From contig CAWGMQ010000008.1 of the NCBI GenBank assembly GCA_963823665.1, positions 1,312,001-1,376,000 on the forward strand: a stretch of 64,000 bases of DNA. Reading direction: 5' to 3'. The notes below the pieces were generated by a model, which saw nothing but the letters and a program-made list of their open reading frames with translations, was not told the origin of the DNA and ran no database searches. Of the stretch, positions 62,709 to 64,000 are shown one piece after another. Both the position numbers and the translations under genes were made by a program. Each line of letters starts with the position of its first letter. The first letter of the stretch is position 1. This DNA comes from an uncultured Planctomycetota bacterium. GTDB taxonomy: Bacteria > Planctomycetota > Planctomycetia > Isosphaerales > Isosphaeraceae.

Positions 62709-64000
62709 ATGCCGGACACGAAAACATGTCCTCGCTGCGGCGCGAGCCTCGCCACGGACGATCCCCACGGCCCGTGTCCGTCGTGCCTGATCCGGGCCGG
62801 CCTGATCGAGGAAGCCGTGCCCGAAACATGCGGTCCTTCAGGCTTGACCGGACCTCTTCCGAAGGAACGAGCCGGAGAACGCCGGACGGCGCCATCGGTT
62901 GGAAACGCGGCCGGTGCGCCGTCGATCAACACCACCGTCCCTTCAGTTGACGACCAGGCGACCACCGGACTCAACGGCGCCTCAAGCGGCGGCGCGGCTG
63001 ACGGCGTCAGCCCCTGCTTCGGCGACTATGAGCTCCAGGGTGAGATCGCCCGAGGCGGCATGGGCGTCGTGTACCGGGCCCGCCAGATCAGCCTGAACCG
63101 GACTGTCGCCTTGAAGCTGATTCTTGGCTCGCAGCTCGCCAACGAAACGGACGTGAGGCGGTTCCATGGCGAGGCCGAGGCCGCCGCGAACCTCGACCAT
63201 CCCAACATTGTGCCGATTTATGAAGTAGGTGTGCACCAGGGGCAGCATTACTTCAGCATGAAGCTCATCGAGGGCGGGAGCCTGACCCGCCAGATCGGCG
63301 AGCTGGTCCACAAGCCACGAAGCGCGGCGGCGCTCCTGGCCACCGTCGCGCGGGCTGTGCATCGAGCCCATCAGCGGGGCATCATCCACCGCGACCTCAA
63401 GCCCTCCAACATCCTGATCGATCGAGACGGCGAGCCCCACGTCACCGACTTTGGGCTGGCCAAGCGGATTGAAGCCGACGGGGACAGCGGGCTCACCCAG
63501 TCCGGTGCCATCATGGGGACGCCGAGCTACATGCCACCCGAGCAAGCCGGCGGACGAGTCAGGCAGCTCACGACGGCGGTCGATGTCTATGCCTTGGGCG
63601 CGGTCCTCTTCGAGCTCTTGGCCGGCCGGCCGCCGTTTCAGGCTGAGTCGGTGATGGAGACGCTCATGCAGGTGCTCGAGAATGAGCCGCGCCGGCCGCG
63701 CTCGCTGAATCCGCGGGCTGACCGCGATCTGGAAACGATCGCACTCAAGTGCCTGGAGAAAGATCCAGCGCGGCGGTACGGCTCGGCCGAGGCGCTGGCG
63801 GAAGACCTCGAGCGGTGGTTGAACCATGAGCCCATCCGGGCGCGTCCGGTTTCGGTGTTCGAGCGGGTGGCCAAGTGGGTCACGCGGCGGCCGGCGATCG
63901 CGGCGCTGTGCCTGACGATCGTGGTCCTCGCCATCGCAGGTGCAACCGGTGTGCTTTTCCAGTGGCAAAGATCGGTGACCGCGCGCAATGAGGCGATCCG
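62709..64000 (+). CDS. Ser/Thr protein kinase with N-terminal Zn-ribbon-like motif and TM helix, 3'-truncated by window edge
   Basis: MPDTKTCPRCG...CPSCL, FGDYEL..EIARGGMGVVY, HRDLKPSN, DFG, GTPSYMPPE and TM. It is absent from the ORF track because it has no stop in the window. Confidence 0.92.
   Translation, partial: MPDTKTCPRCGASLATDDPHGPCPSCLIRAGLIEEAVPETCGPSGLTGPLPKERAGERRTAPSVGNAAGAPSINTTVPSVDDQATTGLNGASSGGAADGVSPCFGDYELQGEIARGGMGVVYRARQISLNRTVALKLILGSQLANETDVRRFHGEAEAAANLDHPNIVPIYEVGVHQGQHYFSMKLIEGGSLTRQIGELVHKPRSAAALLATVARAVHRAHQRGIIHRDLKPSNILIDRDGEPHVTDFGLAKRIEADGDSGLTQSGAIMGTPSYMPPEQAGGRVRQLTTAVDVYALGAVLFELLAGRPPFQAESVMETLMQVLENEPRRPRSLNPRADRDLETIALKCLEKDPARRYGSAEALAEDLERWLNHEPIRARPVSVFERVAKWVTRRPAIAALCLTIVVLAIAGATGVLFQWQRSVTARNEAI

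Overview
GC-rich 64-kb window, very likely from a planctomycete (Isosphaeraceae-like). The evidence is DUF4058, TIGR02984-type ECF sigma factors paired with Ser/Thr kinases, and 'RRxRR...ExLExR' N-terminal export motifs. Housekeeping genes include kdsA, tRNA-Thr(CGT), pdxA, a beta-carbonic anhydrase, a rhomboid protease and a radical SAM protein. Accessory genes include four Ser/Thr kinases, two ECF sigma factors, a CusB/CusA-type efflux pair, GT-C-type glycosyltransferases, a giant S53 protease/Ig-repeat surface protein, an ABC-ATPase + DUF4276 pair, a bpX4 + MoxR/RavA pair and a zeta-like toxin pair. Two observations stand out. (1) The 3' part of tRNA-Thr is repeated twice downstream (9449-9497 and 12024-12070). 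Both copies are preceded at identical spacing by the same non-tRNA 12-mer GCGGAAAATGCT, and they delimit integrase-free 1.6-kb and 2.6-kb modules, which resembles a tRNA-anchored cassette array. (2) Two unrelated exported proteins about 27 kb apart share both the N-terminal export motif and a basic C-terminal domain (39/82 identical, ungapped), a candidate sorting or anchoring domain. About 12 frameshifts split otherwise intact genes and are most likely long-read assembly errors. All family assignments come from motif recognition by eye, not from database searches.
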